A stretch of DNA of 63,499 nucleotides, the filler included, from Bigelowiella natans CCMP2755 (Eukaryota; Protista; Cercozoa), in NCBI GenBank assembly GCA_000320545.1. It is 6 parts of 6 records of this genome, joined end to end, with 100 filler letters (N's around TTAATTAATTAA, not from the genome) between each part and the next. Parts side by side here need not be neighbours in the genome. Positions count along the whole stretch, not along the records: positions 25,124 to 34,367 come from ADNK01001644.1; positions 34,468 to 39,710 come from ADNK01003625.1; 4 more parts are not named here. One strand, written 5' to 3'. The position numbers and the translations under genes were made by a program. Positions 25,124 through 37,779 of this stretch are shown piece after piece. Under the pieces are notes generated by a model that worked only from the letters and a program-made list of their open reading frames with translations, was not told the origin of the DNA and searched no databases. The stretch's first letter is position 1. The number at the start of each line of letters is the position of its first letter.

Positions 25124-26148
25124 CAAAAGGAAGGTTGTGGGGGATAACTGGGTGATCTTTGTCGACGGGTGTGCGAGCATGCAGGATGCAATGAGCGGAC
25201 GGGGGGAGGATGGATGGATGGATGGAATGGAAAGCGGCGAGTATGTTAACTTTTCGGAATAGAATAAGGAAAATGCTACTTCATGTTTTGAGAAGAGAGA
25301 AAGGAAGGGAAAAGAAAGAAGGGGTGGTGGGGGGGGGGGGGCAGAGAGAAAAGGACAGAGACATACGAAGAGAGATAATATTGATGTGAATTCGAAATAA
25401 CCATCATTTACACATACAAAGATCAATTCGTCGTCACCGCAACGAGTGCGCATTTCAGCTCTCAGTGCCCCCGGGTCTCCCTTCGTCATCTCCGGCATTG
25501 TCCGCAACATCCAACATCACCTCCCCCGCCCTCATTCCCGGGTCTCCTGCGAGCATGCGCGCAAACAATAGCAATTCAGCGGTCTATAAGGTAAAATGTT
25601 CTAGCCTTTTTGTTTGAAAAGAGGGGGGGGGGGACAAAGAGGGTGGGGGGGAGTTTTCTTCCGTCTAAAATACAACAGTAAATGTAGTCGTCCACGTCTA
25701 GCATCTCCCTCCCCCCTCTAACTGCTTGACCCCGTCCGTATCAGCGCAACGGCTATGGAAGCCATCACCCCCCCCTCCCATCACCGCTATTATCATCTTC
25801 ATCGCACCAGAGGCAGCAGCAGCAGCAGCTGCGGCGGCAAAGGAGTGGAAGTGCTGTGGAGTCCTCTAACGGATCTGTATACTCGTCGCAACTACCACGA
25901 TTGAGCCCTGCACTTCCTTCCGCCTCGAGTGTTGCGGGGCTGACATCGACCCTGGCTCTTAATGGCAGCAGCCGTAAGGGCGTTGTCAGCTCCCCTAGTC
26001 CCCCTCCCTCTCTGGCCGGTAGTGCACGCGTCTCCGTCATCGTAGCGCGCGGGGGGGTTGGTGTGGGGACAGGAGGAGGAGGAGCAGGAGAAGATGACAA
26101 TGGGGAAATGAATAAGGCGAAGGGCAGATACGTGCGACACAATAGCAC

Positions 26149-26183
<35 letters not shown>

Positions 26184-26581
26184 AAACCAATGGTGTTGGC
26201 AGTAGCGGCGGCACCGTGAAGAGGAGAAGGAGAAGGAGGAAGAAGATCACGGAAGACAATACAGAGACTAATAACGTGAGGGTTATAAAAAAGGGGGGCG
26301 GGGGGGCTGCTCATGAGCTGCTCGAGAGGTCGGCAGTGAAGAGGACGATATTTGGGGGGGGGGGGCGAGATAAGAAAGTGCAGGAGCAAGGCTCTGGTCA
26401 TTCACGGCGATTAGTAGCGAAAAAAGAGGAGGCGGGGGGGGAGGGGGGAGGAGGATAGGGATGGGGCAGGTCGGAAGAAGGCCGTGGCGGGGGAAAAACT
26501 GCCAATCCATGAGGCTCTGCAGGTTATATACCTTCTTCTCTTGGCTTATATCGTATACATATACACAAATATAGAATATAG

Positions 26582-26617
<36 letters not shown>

Positions 26618-27118
26618 TGTACCAAGTAACGTGTGATTGACCGCAGGCATGATCGTGTCGGCATATTATGCACACGCACAAAACGATATACGCATTCATT
26701 CACCTCTCGCATTGCCTTCGCCAGGTCTTCTTGCTGAAGTCCCTCCAGGAGCCGCTCGCGCGGGGGGGAGGGGCTGGCGACGACGACGACGACGACGCCG
26801 CTCTCAATGGCGATGTACTGAATAACGGTGCCGGCAGCTGCGATAACCAAAAATCCCGTCTCTCGAAGAAGTGCCGCGCTCTTGCAAAGAAGTTGGAGAA
26901 GTGCGTGGATGAAGGGGAGGGGCATGGGCAACAACGGCAGCGGCAGCAGCAGCAGCAGCGAAGAGATGGGAAGCTGAAAATGCTTGCCACTGCGCCTGGG
27001 ATCTCCAAAACTCACGATTGCGAGCAGGAAGGGGACAAGGAGGCGGAGGGGGAGGAGGAGGAGGAGGAGGAGGAAGAAGAGGGGTATCTAGTGATATAAC
27101 ACAAAACGATCATGAACA

Positions 27119-27157
<39 letters not shown>

Positions 27158-28044
27158 CACACACAAGCACGCAGTGGACACGAGCAAATGCGTGGTTGCA
27201 CCGAAGATGTTCCGCGAGTTTCGTTTTGATTTGCCCCTTTGCACTAGTCGCAAGTCTTGGGCGCTACACGCGAACGGTGTTGCGAGCGCCCCGTCCTCCT
27301 CTGAGAAGAAGAGAAAGCTTCTCAGGAAGGCCAGGCAGCAGAGACGCCACTCCTGGGTAGATCTTCCACGCAGTACTCTTGCGTGTATATGGACTGTGCG
27401 TTGTTGTTAATAAGTGTGGAGAGCATGCAAAAAAAAAAAACACAGTAAAGATCCTAGCGACTACCAACTACTGTGCTACTGCTACAACTACTACTACTAC
27501 TATTAATACTATCATTTTTACTATTACTTCTACTACTTCTTTTTCTTCTTCTTCTTCTTCTTCTTCTTCTTCTTCTTCTTCTTCTGCTACAACTACTAAT
27601 CAATGATCTACCCTCCTCCCAACGCTACCGAAGGTGTCGCAGCACCCCCCCCCCTCTCCGCACATTGAAAACAGTAGCGTTTCGAGCACCAGGGTGTCGG
27701 TTCTTTCGTTCGCAGCATCACCAGGTAAAGAGCGGTCATCATTATCATCATTATCATCATCATCATCATCATCATCTTTTGGAAATGCCCGCTGCTGTTT
27801 TGCCTCTCTCCCCAGTCGCCTCACGCGCCGCGTGTTATCATGTTGTTTCTGCTTGTGCTTGCTTTAACATTGGGGGAGATAGATCGGATACCAGGTCACG
27901 ACGAGAAGAGAATTAACACTCCGACACGAAGGAGCAGGCCGGAAGGTGATATGTGCGGTTTTGTGTAGGTTTGGCGTGCGTGTGCGCCTCTGTGTGTTAC
28001 GTGCTATTGGTTCTGAAGCTGGTCTGTTTGTGCTTGCGTGTATG

Positions 28045-28082
<38 letters not shown>

Positions 28083-28301
28083 TGGCTTCCCCCCAGGCTC
28101 ACCTGTGCAGCATCTTGAAAAAGTAAACATGCGAAAGGGCATGAGAGCGCAGAGACCGACTATCAGACACTCTTTAACACTTTGACGTGCCAAATCGACA
28201 TAACCGAAGCAGGGAGCGCGATTCTTGCATTTCCTGTGAAATGCACGCGTGAAACATTCGCACACGTGCACAAGAGTAAAGACGTGTGGCCAGTGATGGC
28301 A

Positions 28302-28344
<43 letters not shown>

Positions 28345-28900
28345 TATGTGTGTCTGTGTGTCTGTGTGTCTGTGTGTGTGTGTATGTGTGTGTGTGTGTA
28401 TGATGCTTTGCCAGATGCTGCCCCACGAGCAGCTACTCAAGATACTCGAGAAGGAGAATAAATGGTGAGAGCTTCGACTCCCTTCATGCCGTCGTTTTGC
28501 CCACCATCGTACCGCACAGTGAGAACCACCTACCGCAACCAAAAAAACAAAAAAAAGAAGATACACGTACTCCTCTGGGGAGGATAGAGGTCTCCAAAGC
28601 GAAGACGCCGATGATTCTCCCCTTAGAGCTCTCCGCTTGGAAGCAGAGTACTCTTCGTGTAATCGTCTTCGAGCGCTCGCACGTTGATTCGCGCGACATG
28701 CCGCAGCGTTTGCTGCCGCGTGGAGGTGCGCGTGCGCACGTTCCTTCTTTCTCGGGTGCATTTTCATTTTCCCAGCGAGTGAATATAATCCCCCCTCGCA
28801 CAACACACCATGCAGGCTGGCTGCCGATGCGAAGCTGAAGCGAAGGCATCACCACCTGAGCACACTGGTTATTGCTACTTGCTGACATCGATTTTATATA

Positions 28901-28961
<61 letters not shown>

Positions 28962-29739
28962 AATAAATCAATAAAAGATGGCACATTAGCCACCCAGTGT
29001 CAGAAAGGAAAGGAGATGATCTCCTGAGATGATGATGGTGATGGTGATGATGATGATGATGATGATGATGGTGGTGATGGAGATGATGATGATGATGATG
29101 ACGACGACGACGGTAATGACGATGACGTCGATCGCAGCTCTCTCAAGCTTCCCCCCTCCCCCCTCCCTTTTTTTTTGGTTGCGGAAATGATACCTAGGTT
29201 CTTCCTCCTGCCGCGGCTCCCATTAGCAGATCTGACTACACCTCGTCCTCCATGCGGGAGAATCAAAGGTATTCCGCACCCCAAAAGAAGAGAACCACTC
29301 GCCATTAATAGCTGCGCGACTCTGTCTGCCGCATCTTCCTAGACTCCCCGATAGGAGGCGAAAGATACGTCGCTAGTAGCAGCCCTGAATTGCCCAACGA
29401 GAAGCCCTTCTCGTTGATGATGCGACGCACACCCTCGTTTTCCTTTCTTCACTTTATTTCATACCGTGCAGGACCGCGACGTTCTTCGCATCGAAGTAGT
29501 GTGGTTTGGGGCTGCTTGGCCGTCCTGGTGGGTGGATATATTGGAGGGAGACGAGCCAGCGCCATGGCAATGATCGCAAAACCAGCTTTCATGAAACACT
29601 GCGTTTTTTTAAGTTTTATGTTGTCGTTTTGAAATTTATGTTGTGTCAATGAATACCAATTGTTGTAGGAGTGGTTGTAGCAGTAAGGTAGCAGCAATAT
29701 AGTAGTTGCGGTAGTAGCAGGGAATTCAGTAGTATTAAC

Positions 29740-29771
<32 letters not shown>

Positions 29772-30440
29772 GTAGTAGTAGTAATAACAGAATCAAAAAA
29801 GATTATTTTTTTTCTAAAAAATGTCTTTCGAATGTGGCCAAATCCTGGGCGACGCGCCTCTGTGCATGGTTCCTCTCGAGCTATCATGTGGTGAAATCCA
29901 GGACTTAACAACACTTTCTTTGAATGATGATGATGGTGGTGATGATGATGATGAGGATGGGGAGGATGACGATAGATAGCAATATGACGATTTTCCTCTT
30001 GCTTTATATATGTGAGCATCCATCGATGTATGCAGGCAAAGTGGTGGGGCTCTTTAAACCGCCACACCACCATGCTTGTCTCCTCTTCCTTACTTTGCTC
30101 GAGAGATGCAAAGATGGGCTTGACGGCATTATTATATTTGTAAATAAGTTGCATGTATCCACGCACGGACGCGTGCCTTTGTCTGGGTATATTTTCGCCG
30201 TGCTGTCCTTTGAAAAGAGGGGTTGGTTATGAGTGGGAGATGGCTAGTAAATTTGGAAAGCAGAAGCTCGAAAACTGTTTGGCATCACGACAGGCCGGGC
30301 CGACGAGGCAAGAAATCAAAATGGTCGCCAGAATAGAATCGATGCTGTTTTTCTTGTCTCGAAGCAGCGGCGAACAACGTTTCGATGCGTATGAGGACGA
30401 AATGACGATGAAGTTTGCCTTTCAGCGGCACAAGGGGTAG
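25124..30440 (+). CDS. Hypothetical low-complexity (Ser/Gly/Gln-rich) multi-exon protein(s); structure unresolved
   Basis: A series of + strand AG...GT exon-like blocks (e.g. LSVPPGLPSSS.., VFLLKSLQEP.., MLPHEQLLKILEKENKW, ..RIESMLFFLSRSSGEQRFDAYEDEMTMKFAFQRHKG*). No family recognised; it may be more than one gene. Confidence 0.35.
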
Positions 30441-32345
30441 TGTACGGGGTAGTGATCTATGTTTGTCATCTGAGTGTCTGTGTGTGTGTGTATGCGTTTC
30501 ATCTAGTTGTAAATATGCCATCATCGCAGCCATATTTGTTATATTAGTAATTTCTGTCCACAGCCGAGATGACCTCATGCGTATGCTAGCATGCAATATT
30601 TTTTAAAAGCGTGCGAAAATACATTAGACTAGCAAGCCGGACGAGCGGAACAGTTGCGTACGAATGCCTATAGCAATACACATGCATAAAGTCTCTCATG
30701 TGTGTAGCACAACGCTTGGAGGTGTACGTGTCTGCAATAGAGTCAGCAGTGTGCATTTGCTTTGTATAGCGGGCGATGTATTCATGTCATGTGTGCGAGA
30801 CTAAGCCTAGTAAGCGGCCGCTGATTGGCAACTGCGTGCTGATATGCGACTCTATCTCTGCAGCAAGCAAAGCTAGTAACATGTATAAATGAGAAAGGCT
30901 AGCTAGCTGATGCCCCTTTCGTCATCAGAGTGTATGTGTATATGTGGTATTATGTAAAGTATGAACAGCCTCGGAGTCTATAACGACAATGTACACGTAT
31001 GACACAATACGCAGCATAGTGCAGCACAATGTAATTATAATAGCATATATATAATATGGCGTAGTTGAGATAGTAGTAGTAGCTATACATATTAAACACA
31101 CCGTGCATAAATAGATTTACGGTAGGTTCGGTTAGTGATGTAGGCAGTCGGCATGCTTGATTTTCCTATGTGTTCAGTGGGACGATGAAGGATAGCAATC
31201 GACGAAATCAGCACAGCAGCCTTATGCGATGCGTTGCATTTATTAGTCGATCAACACCCTCTACTTTCTGGTCTGCTTTTGCTTCATGAAGAAAGCTCCA
31301 GCCCCTGTTTATTGTCGTAAGTGTTCATAAGAAAAACGAAGAGTTTCGTCAATCTTCTGCGCGAATCGACATCAATGGAATTTTGGTGTAGTTAGGATGT
31401 AACCAGCGATAGCGAGTCCACCAAACACGACGAATCCAGAGCCAACAAAGAGATTCTGCCGTCCAGATCAGCACGCAACAAGTAAGTTTATGATGACGCG
31501 GGATCAGTAAGTTTAAGAACCAGATAAATTCGTCATACTCTAATTTTTGAGAATTCTCGGGGTTCCATCATTCCTTTCAGCTTGAATACGCTTGTTGCAC
31601 TACCTGTGATGCGGGTGAGCACCTGTTCGCGCGAGATTAGAAAGAAACACATGATCTCAGAAGACACGCAGGTGTTATACAAAACAAAAAAACCCAACCT
31701 CCATCTCACTCTTTGCTTGCGGGCCTTTCATAGCCATGATTCGAGCGAATAACCGACTCGTCCTTTTCACGTGGCAAATACGCAGCAGCATAAGGCATAA
31801 GGCGTCGCGATTCACATTCCCATTGAATAGAATGAAAATAATGCGGCTACGTGCATGCCAGGCTGGCCATGAACGAGTGCTCACCCCTGTGTTAGCCCTA
31901 ACAACTTCTTTTGGTTCGGCCTCGAGAATCCGTCGTCCGCCACAGGTTTTCGGAGCAGGCGCCCAGCAACTCAAAAATGTATTACGACAGATAATTTCGT
32001 TGTCGCAGCCTCAAATCTTCCTACAATTCGGAGAGAATTCATCCTAAACCGAAATAAAGGCCAAAGCGGATGTCGCAGGATGAACTACTACATCATTTGC
32101 AGGAAAACGACGGAAAAAAGCCAGCGAAAGATATGTCAAAGCAATCAAATATATTGCGATTTTTCGGGTGGTTTTCAGAAAATGCGACTTGGGAAATGTA
32201 TTGTCGCAGTACAAGAAACAGATCCTCTCGTTGGAATCCACGCCGCATCCGAACTGAGGGGGTCCGGGAATGGCTGCCCAGCACAAGAAGCTCTCTCCCA
32301 TCTCGAGATAGATACACATACGCTCGCACATACACCAAAAAAACC

Positions 32346-33481
32346 ATGGCAGACAGAAGGGGATCGATGCTTGAATCTACGAGAGGCTTTCTTGGGTGCT
32401 GTTTGCTGCTAATGGCAGGGGTGGCACTGCATAGTGCACGATTCCAGCGCATGTCATCTCCCGCCCTCCACAGCCTGCGGAGATCGCCTCAAGCTTCATT
32501 GCGCACAAAACTACGGGATGAACCGCGCGGACTACACGGGGGCTGGTCGCTGCGAGCTAATCAACGGCTCAGGGCAGGAAAGACAGCGTTATGTGGGGGG
32601 GGGGTAAAGAGAACCGCTCCTAATCAAACTGTGGACGACACACAGTAAAACACACGCATAATAAAATCATCCGTTCCAATGCACAGTGAGAGAAGGGGCA
32701 GGTGGGCGGGAAGGGGGTGATGATGTGAATTTGAATTTGTTCTGCTGACAACCCAGAAACCAATAAATCGCCAACAAAAAAAATCCCGTTTTTAGGCTGA
32801 TATTTGATGGAGACGTGCAGTACGAGATCAAAGGGCTAAACTCCAACAGCTCATCGGTTGATGATCGTTGAAAGCATGCACGATGCGTACGCCGAAACAT
32901 CTGATGGCAGAGTAGAAATAAGGGAAAACCTGGGTTCTGTTTGAAAGCACTATTTGACGGCCTTCGCTTGACCTCAGACATCGAAGGCATGTGTGTTTCG
33001 TTTGTAACATTATCACTTAATTGTAGGCATGGGAGAAGATCCGGCAGCGTACGGAAGAGTTCGGAGTGGTAGTGTATTCATAGTGACGAGTGAAAGATTT
33101 TCTGCAGTTGCTTCTCTTCCACCGTCATCGTGATCTGATGAGTATCATTACCACTATTAATTGACTGATGAGCTCACACGCGTGACGCGGCTAACGACGA
33201 TGCCAATGCGAATGGGATTTTGTGTAGAACGACGAGGAAGAGGAGGGAGGATGGGATGTTGATATGGTGAGATTTACTAGGCGCTGAATAGTCCACATAC
33301 ATATACGCATGGCACTCGAGCGTATACACTTAGTAATTATATAATGTGTGTGCGTGTTTGTGTGTGTGTGTGTGTGTGTGTGTTTACCTTTGGTCTCTCA
33401 TCAATACCCGTAATATCTTGATTGTCGTGAATAGAGGTGCCGAATGCAATACCAGCATGATATGAATACCAAAGCGTAAGT

Positions 33482-33515
<34 letters not shown>

Positions 33516-34129
33516 TTTAGACTAACGCAACCGACGTCAGAAGACAACGAGAACTTTTGGAGATGAAAAAGAAAAAGACCGTTGATGGAAGAGACGGCAC
33601 CAACCGCGACCACAAGCGTAATCCGCCAACAGCAAAATTGTTATTCTCCCTTTCTCAAACCAACAACAACAAAAAACAAAGCAAGAGTAGGAGATCGTCA
33701 AGGAAGTTTTTTAAATCACTTGAGTAAATCTCAACGCGCTCGAATCTGACCAGCAATGGAAACTACAAACTCTTTTCCAAGCGAAGTTGTTATTCGTCGC
33801 CAATCTCGCCATCACAATCCCTGTGCTCATGATCGTTTTATCATAACCTTTGTCCCTGCTGGTGTGCATGTGCCTATTTCTATTCCTTGCAGCGTACGGC
33901 ATGGAGGGGGATGATGATTTGGATAAGCTTGTGGCTGGTGAGTGCCCTTTCTCCCTCTTCCACAGTAACCAACAATACACACAACACAGCACACACAACA
34001 CAGCACACACACACACACATACACGCACGCTCACGCATCGAAGCGCACACCACAGCTTCCCGTCAATATCAATATTACATTTACAATTTCTGGGGGTACT
34101 AGGTTTTCTCACTACTCTCTCTCTCCCTC

Positions 34130-34171
<42 letters not shown>

Positions 34172-34300
34172 CCCCCCCCCTCTTTTCTCGATATAGATGA
34201 GCTCGCACACGGCGAGAGTGGACGATATGGTTGGACGAAGGAGATGGACGATGCAGACACTGTACCGAGGAATAACCCGAACAACTGCCACCAGAAAACA
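32346..34300 (+). CDS. Hypothetical protein with bipartite-like leader (signal peptide + Arg/Ser/Leu-rich transit-like peptide); 3' end lost at spacer
   Basis: MADRRGSMLESTRGFLGCCLLLMAGVALHS followed by a basic, hydroxylated stretch; later acidic exons (NDEEEEGGWDVDM, AYGMEGDDDLDKLVA). Confidence 0.45.
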
Positions 34301-34323
34301 ACAGAAAGAAAGAACTCCCGCTG

Positions 34324-34365
<42 letters not shown>

Positions 34366-34367
34366 TC

Positions 34368-34467
34368 NNNNNNNNNNNNNNNNNNNNNNNNNNNNNNNNN
34401 NNNNNNNNNNNTTAATTAATTAANNNNNNNNNNNNNNNNNNNNNNNNNNNNNNNNNNNNNNNNNNNN
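34368..34467. other. Assembly spacer
   Basis: N44-TTAATTAATTAA-N44. Confidence 0.99.
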
Positions 34468-34607
34468 TTTGCAGCGCGCATCGACCATTTTCCATTTTCT
34501 ACATGTGTGCGGAACTGGCTCGATGATCTTGTCATCATCATCCTCCTCCTCCTCCCCATCATCATCACCCTCATTCTCATCCGCATCCTCATCATCATCA
34601 TCACCAG

Positions 34608-34923
34608 GCACTTGAAAAAAGCGCTGTGGAGGAGGTTGTTATGTTCAACACGATACCGCTTAAGGATAAGACCTCTCCGAAGATCCGCGTCCTCTCGGTA
34701 AGAGGAGGGCGCAGGGGGGGGGGGGGGGGGGGAAAATGTTGAGATTGCAGCCCCCTAATAGATGCCTACATCTTTGCATTGTGTGTGCTACCACGACTAC
34801 TACTCAACTACTATCCTACTAACTACTACTTCTTCTACGTGTTTCTTTCATCAGATCGCCCCTCTTTTGGCTGAAACCATTTCTCGTGTACACACATGCG
34901 GCTCGGTTAAGGACCTCTACTGA
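34608..34923 (+). CDS. prs: Ribose-phosphate pyrophosphokinase (PRPP synthetase), last two exons
   Basis: ALEKSAVEEVVMFNTIPLKDKTSPKIRVLS | IAPLLAETISRVHTCGSVKDLY* matches the PRS C-terminus (EVVVTNTIP..KI..LSIAPLLAE.I.RIH...SV..L). Confidence 0.85.
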
Positions 34924-35808
34924 TGATAATACGATGATGAGATGATGGTGGTGATGATGAGGAGGAGGATGGGGAAAGAGGCTAATTGGATGATAGCATG
35001 GCAAGTATTCTTTTGGTGGTAACAGTTCGTTCGAGGAGGGCCAATGAGAAAGCTGCACGCTAAGATTAAATGAAATGATGCCCATTTGATAAAATATCGT
35101 TGTCCATATACATATCTAAATATTCGCCTTGACGAAAGCAAGTCACTATATAACCGGCGCCATGCATTTTATGATGATGTATGTGAGAGCGTGGTAGGTA
35201 ACATTCAAATGCCAGGCGTTGTTATCATAGCGCATCGATCGTCGTATTGAACAAGCGAAGTTAATCGTGTCTTCGCGGCTCGTCTCTCGCCATTTATCTC
35301 TAGATCGATATCTAGACCTGCGCCTTAACACAACCAAGCATGCCTAGACACATGTTGGAACAATGCTGCAGGAGTCGATGAAGATCTAGCTGGCACAGAG
35401 TAGTTGTCGTCAATTGCATGCATAGTATAATAGCTGGATAGATGGACTGCAATTCGGCAAACCATTGACAATGCAATAGATGCACAGGTAGCATGCATCG
35501 CTGGAGCAAATAAACATGCTAGCATGTTCCAAATTTGCAGAGTGGCCGCAAGCGACGTACGTGTATATTTTTATAGTAGTAAGCGTACGCGAGCTAGACA
35601 CTTCGCATTGCACATTCTAATGATGCGGTTGCGCAGTATCCTGATTTGCAGGATTGTTTACGTTTGTGCTTATGCATGTATCCATCGATCCAGTGCCAAA
35701 GAGGCTTTCATGTGATAAAGTTAAATTCAATGGTCGTAGGACCTTGCATCATCTCAATTTCAATTCATAATCAAAGCCGTTTCATTTAGTGATATTTTTG
35801 CAGAAAAA

Positions 35809-37137
35809 TCAAGAAATGTATTCGGCGACATTCACAGGCATTTCCTCGATTTTGGTGTTGTAGAAACGCTCTAGCTCCCTAAGGCTGCTCGCATCGCGAT
35901 TGGTGACTAAGTTTATCGTAACACCGTTGCGACCGAATCTTCCTGCTCGACCAATTCGATGGATGTAGTTCTCTTTGTTTCCAGGAAGATCAAAATTGAC
36001 CACTAGACTTAGATTCTGAAAGTCAATCCCTCGGGCTAGAATATCCGTCGAAATTAACACTCGAGATTTTCCATTTCGAAAGGCTGTTACAACATCCTTC
36101 CTCTCTTGGTCTTTGAGGTCAGAATGGATTGCGCTCACGACGTGATCTCGCCGGGTCAACTCGTCCTCTAGCCACTGTACCGTTCGCCTGGTGTTGGCAA
36201 AGATGATGCTTTGATTGATGCTGAGCGTCTCGAACAAGTCGACCAATGTCGGAAGCTTCCAGTCACTCTGTTCCAAAGCCACGTAGAATTGCTTTATGCC
36301 GTCCAAAGCGAGGCTTGTCTCCTTGACCAAGATCTCAACGGGGTCCTGCATAAACTTCTGGGTGAGCTCGAGAACTTCCTGAGGCATCGTCGCCGACACA
36401 AGGACAACTTGAACGTCCTTCCTGAGAGACTCGAATATGTCGTAAATCTGCTCCCTAAAACCATGCGAAAGCATCTCGTCCGCCTCATCAATGATGATCG
36501 TCTTCACGTCGTCTGTTCGGAGGACTCCTTCGCGTATTAAGTGGAAGATTCTCCCTGGGGTACCAATCGCTATTTGGACGCCCTTGCGGAATTTGTCCTT
36601 ATCGTCGAAGAACCTGTTCCCTCCAACGCAAAGGTGAGTCGTAATCTTCGTGTAATCTCCAAGGCACGTCGCCACCTTATGGCTCTGACGTGCTAGCTCT
36701 CTCACAGGCGAGACGATGATAGTTTGCGTCTCGCGAATCTTTGGATCTATCTTTTCCAAGGTTGCGATGACAAACGCCCCTGTTTTACCTGTACCAGCCT
36801 GTGCCTGTGCTATGACATCGTGTCCAGCAATAATAGGCATTATGGCTCGCTGCTGAATCGGTGACGGCTCCTCGAAACCGTAGGAATATATCCCTCTCAG
36901 GATGTTCATCTTAAGTCCCATCTTGTCAAAGGACTCTACCGGTCCAAATTTGTTACTTTTTTTGCCATCTTCTGTCCTACCATCTTTGGATTCTGTTTTA
37001 GCATTTTCCCTTTCCTTGTGGATTGCATCGTCGTCATGCCGCCGGGCATGGTTCTCACTGGGAGTGTTGCTTCTGCTGCTCTTTCCACTGAGCGAAGCCT
37101 CCCTCGTCTGTTCATCATTCTGCATAGTTTTCGTCAT
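35809..37137 (-). CDS. eIF4A: eIF4A-family DEAD-box RNA helicase, intronless, with a low-complexity N-terminal extension
   Basis: Single ORF with [70 protein letters not shown] and a C-terminal [17 protein letters not shown]. First ATG at 37137. Confidence 0.95.
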   Translation of the reverse strand: MTKTMQNDEQTREASLSGKSSRSNTPSENHARRHDDDAIHKERENAKTESKDGRTEDGKKSNKFGPVESFDKMGLKMNILRGIYSYGFEEPSPIQQRAIMPIIAGHDVIAQAQAGTGKTGAFVIATLEKIDPKIRETQTIIVSPVRELARQSHKVATCLGDYTKITTHLCVGGNRFFDDKDKFRKGVQIAIGTPGRIFHLIREGVLRTDDVKTIIIDEADEMLSHGFREQIYDIFESLRKDVQVVLVSATMPQEVLELTQKFMQDPVEILVKETSLALDGIKQFYVALEQSDWKLPTLVDLFETLSINQSIIFANTRRTVQWLEDELTRRDHVVSAIHSDLKDQERKDVVTAFRNGKSRVLISTDILARGIDFQNLSLVVNFDLPGNKENYIHRIGRAGRFGRNGVTINLVTNRDASSLRELERFYNTKIEEMPVNVAEYIS

Positions 37138-37779
37138 AGTAGTTGATGTGTTGGTAATCGTCGTCACTGTTGTTTTTCTTGAGTTCTGAGGCCCAGATCA
37201 AATCAGTAATGCCTCGAGTATTCTTCTGTGCCTTCTGGGACCCGCGCCCCGCGCAGAATGAACAAAGTAGCTGCGACTTTCGATGTGCGACAAAAGCACA
37301 AGCTCAAAACTACTAACAACCGTCGCCCAGTTTGCGTCAAGCCAATCAGCGCCGACTGCCTTTCTCAAGCACTGCCGAGCCGAAGCTCGGAAATCTCCTG
37401 GATATTTCCCGTTGGAAACGGCCTCGAATTCAAGAGTGCGGCAACGCTTGATTGCAAAAACGCCGAATCCCGTCCAAATTTCCTTCCTTCCTAAGCACAG
37501 GCGAGACCCCATGCAGAAGACTTCCGTGAATAGTTGTCGCATTGACGGTTTTGCAGGCGATTTTTTCGAATTTGAGCAATCCCTGTAACAACGTGCTCTG
37601 GAAGATACCAACCTGAGTTCCGCCTTGTGCTTGCAAACACCAGTTGCTCCAAAAACTCCATCTAAAACAGCGGTAATTTCTATGTCGCACTTAAAAATTC
37701 ACATCTATTTAATCCAATTTTTTGTCTGCGAAGAACGCGTCCTTCTTCTAGCGGTGGTCGGCAAGTAGAAGGGTTGTCG

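Noticed and set aside
36211-37611. ORFs antisense or adjacent to eIF4A (similar ones lie antisense to the Kelch and HMT genes)
   Set aside because: Shadow ORFs of real coding sequence or promoter DNA, with no independent motif support.
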